From: Mytilus californianus
Lineage: Eukaryota
Length of the DNA stretch: 64,000 nt
Assembly (NCBI RefSeq): GCF_021869535.1
Contig: NW_026262604.1
Coordinates: forward strand, 10,106,001-10,170,000
Direction of reading: 5' to 3'
Of the stretch, positions 60,972-64,000 are shown piece after piece (within the stretch, counting starts at the first letter, position 1; each line of letters begins with the position of its first letter). The translations under genes were made by a program, and so were the position numbers. The notes beneath the pieces are model-generated. The model had not been told where the DNA came from. It saw only the letters and a list, made by a program, of their open reading frames with translations, and searched no databases.

Positions 60972-62715
60972 TGTGAGAGTTCTCTTAATATAAAACTTCT
61001 ATCGTACCTTAATATGAAAAATAATGTGTTCTTAATTCTTGACAGGCGTACAATAATTATTCACTGTAATTGTAATTTAAAATTTTATAATTGTTCACAA
61101 AGTTCTGAGGATTGTGTGCGCTTTTTTTTTCTTTCTTTTTTTTAATAAAGACTATTATGGAGGGATAATACGTTGAGAGAAGGGACAAAATAATAAATGA
61201 GTAAACACATGAACCGATCGAAGTTAGATTTTTTGTACCTCTTGTATCCAACCCCTTGATTTATTATTTCTGTTTAACTATTTGGCCTTTCCTATCGTAT
61301 GCCGTATATATATAAATATAGTCTCAAAAATTTGAAGGCAGTAAAGTTTTTTCATTAAAATTTATTCCATGCATAAAAATTCACTGGTGTTTTTTTAAAG
61401 GAACATGGGCTTAAAACTACCTGTTTGTTTTCTAGACAAACTTCTTCATTAAATGAATTGTTGAAAATCAGCATGAAATAGGCAATGGGTCTGGCATTTC
61501 TCGGCACCATTCTTTTATGTTCTACATTTCTAAAATTGTGTGTGATCCCTAACTTCGGCCGAAGGATAAACTCGAAACCAAGGGTTAGGATAAGCCATAA
61601 TCCGATAGATGCATTAATGGATGACGTCATTAGCTCAATCACGTCATTAATGTGTACTGCACTTTTTTGCGTACTTTTCATCTTTTCACGTTTTTGAGGT
61701 TTTTTTTAATTTTTTTACTTGCGTTTTTTCTCACCCATTCTTTGTAAAGGTATTTTGTTCTTATTTGAATAATTTCTATCTTCTATATTTTATGTATTTA
61801 CATTTTTACTTATATTCTTTTTACTATGATACATTTTTTAAAGTAAACCCTTGAAAATTTCAGGAAAGTAAGCCTAAAATGCATATATAAAATATACTGC
61901 AAAAGCGCCGAAAAAAAGAGAGTAAATTTGAGACTCTGTACTTCTAAATATAATAAAATTATTATATCTATTATTCTATAATATTCATAAAAGAATCCTT
62001 ACATAATTTTATTTTCATAAATTTCATAATCCATATTTTTTGATATTGGTAAAAAACGCGCGAAAATTACAAGATGGAGGAATTAAATTTAGCGCAAAAA
62101 CAGCGACGTCATAGTACATTACGTAGTTCATAACATTTGAATTGGCCGATGAATCGGCCCTATGGCACTGACAGGAGTATGACTTTGGGGCGATAATCGG
62201 CCCTGTGGCACAGAACTCGTTAAGAGCCTGTCCATGAGAAAACCATGCAAAACAGTCCGGAAGCAACATTTGCCAATTCTGATGAAATCTTGTTTGTAGG
62301 TTAACCTTACCACATTTATTGTAAATACATATAAACTTTTTGTCTGATTAATATACCTTGGCGGTAAGGGGCGCCACCTCAAATTTTTCATTTTTCAGAT
62401 GAAAACCAATAGAAAATACACAAAATAAGTATATTTTGAAACAATATTTATTGTAATAATAAACATATTATCAACAAAAGTGGCATCAAATGTAAAACAT
62501 AATACAAGGACCTCTTCATAGCCATATCTGCCATAAAAAATAATTGAAGTTAGCCAAGGGCAGATAACTCTGAATATTTGGCAATTTTCGAAAATTCCTA
62601 TTTTCTCAAAAATGCCCAAGTTCCTAAGGTTGTATATACTAAGATAACACTTTTATTTCTTTTGTTTTGCTTTTTTTCAAAATTATTCAAGTCTAACTTA
62701 TTACCATATAATATC

Positions 62716-63870
62716 TTTTGTTTGCATTTGAATATTAACAAAAATATTTGCAACCAATGTACCCCCCCTTTTTTAAAGACTGAAAAAATGATAAATTGAA
62801 GCAACTATTGACGATTCAATAAAGCTAACATCGACTTATTCAAAATGAACACTAAAAGTAAGTTTTTACTCAGATTATAAAAGAGACACATAACATTAAA
62901 TAATTTAAAAATATCTTGGTTGCTAAGGACATTTAAAAATCATTGTGTTTTCGGTCGGCAAAAATTTAAGCTTATTAAAGGCAAAAAAAATAGATGACAC
63001 ATTTTTGCAACAAATCAATTCTACCAGACATTATTTGGTCTATATAAAAAGTAGACCACGAAGAAATGGTATGCATACATAGTGGTTAGAAAATGAAATT
63101 TGGTGCTTAAAGATGATTTGGGGGAGGGGGTCTAAACATCATTTTTAGCATGTCGCAAACAAATCCTTTTTCTATGAAAGTATCTAATCACATATTCTTG
63201 AATAATAACAGAAACTTGAGAGGGCGATTTGTTGGAATGATCAGATTAAAATACAAAACTAATGTACTTATTTATTCAGAGGTTTTGCTTTGCATTTGAA
63301 TATTATCAAAAATATTTGCATTCAAATGCACCCCCCCCCCCCCCCCCCCCCCCCTCTCCCCTTTTTAAAACTGAAAAATTGAGAAAATAAAGCAACTATT
63401 GACAATTCAATAATGCAAAAAGTGACTCATTCTAAATGGACATTGAAATTGGGTTTTTATTTGAGAGACTATATAAAATCAAATAATCCTTTTAAAACAT
63501 CTTGGTTGCTAAGGACATTTAAAAATCGTTGTGTTTCGGTGGCATTGCCATTTGAACTTTTGAAAAATTTGAATTAAACATTTTTGCAACGAATCAATTT
63601 CACCAGACATTATCATTTGGTCGACACAAAAATTAATGAAAAAGAGAATTTAAAGAAGGATATGCATGTGTAGAGGTTAGAAAATGAAGTTTTGTGCTTT
63701 CAGATGATTTAGGGTGGTTGGTTGGGTCCAAATATCACGTTAGCATTTTGCAAACATATGATTTTACTATGAAAATATCAAATCAAAATATTGATGATTT
63801 ATATAACAGAAACATTAAGAGGTTAGAATTATCAGATAAAACTCAGTGTTATTAATGTATTCAAAGTTTT
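62716..63870. repeat. Diverged tandem duplication, unit about 566 bp
   Basis: ttttg..tgcatttgaatatta.caaaaatatttgca starts at 62716 and 63282; shared blocks such as aagcaactattgac, cttggttgctaaggacatttaaaaatc and ggttagaaaatgaa follow in order. Confidence 0.8.
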
Positions 63871-64000
63871 TTTTTAAATCCTATAAACTTAAAGGGTCAT
63901 AAATATCAAATAATCAGAATAAATTCAATTGGAACAAATTACATTTTTCAGAATTAAGTTAACCCCCTTTGTTTATCAAATGTTTTAAAAGTATTCACTA

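Overview
AT-rich eukaryotic genomic DNA. The repeat families look like those of a bivalve, probably a Mytilus-type mussel; this is recognition from memory and is not verified. One host gene is supportable: a + strand C-type lectin (perlucin-like). Its three domain exons (9677-9828, 40567-40663, 47587-47820/47831) join in consistent splice phases to give a complete long-form CTLD. The 30.7 kb intron between the first two of these exons holds a nested retroelement stack. A complete Ty3/Gypsy element (21112-31030; two 1090-bp LTRs about 1.3% divergent, ATAT target-site duplication, tRNA-Leu-type PBS, intact gag, disrupted pol reached by a -1 slippery site) sits inside the integrase gene of a truncated BEL/Pao element on the - strand. 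The most striking feature is a third ORF in the Gypsy element, in the position where env usually lies. It encodes two zinc-finger-like motifs, a K/E-rich stalk and a C-terminal KCTD/T1-type BTB domain, and it appears to need splicing for expression. The window also contains a CR1/L2-type LINE with an uninterrupted 1184-aa ORF2 carrying a variant 2A-like motif, split piggyBac remnants, a decayed Gypsy protease fragment, tRNA-derived SINEs, several MITE/foldback elements and tandem arrays.
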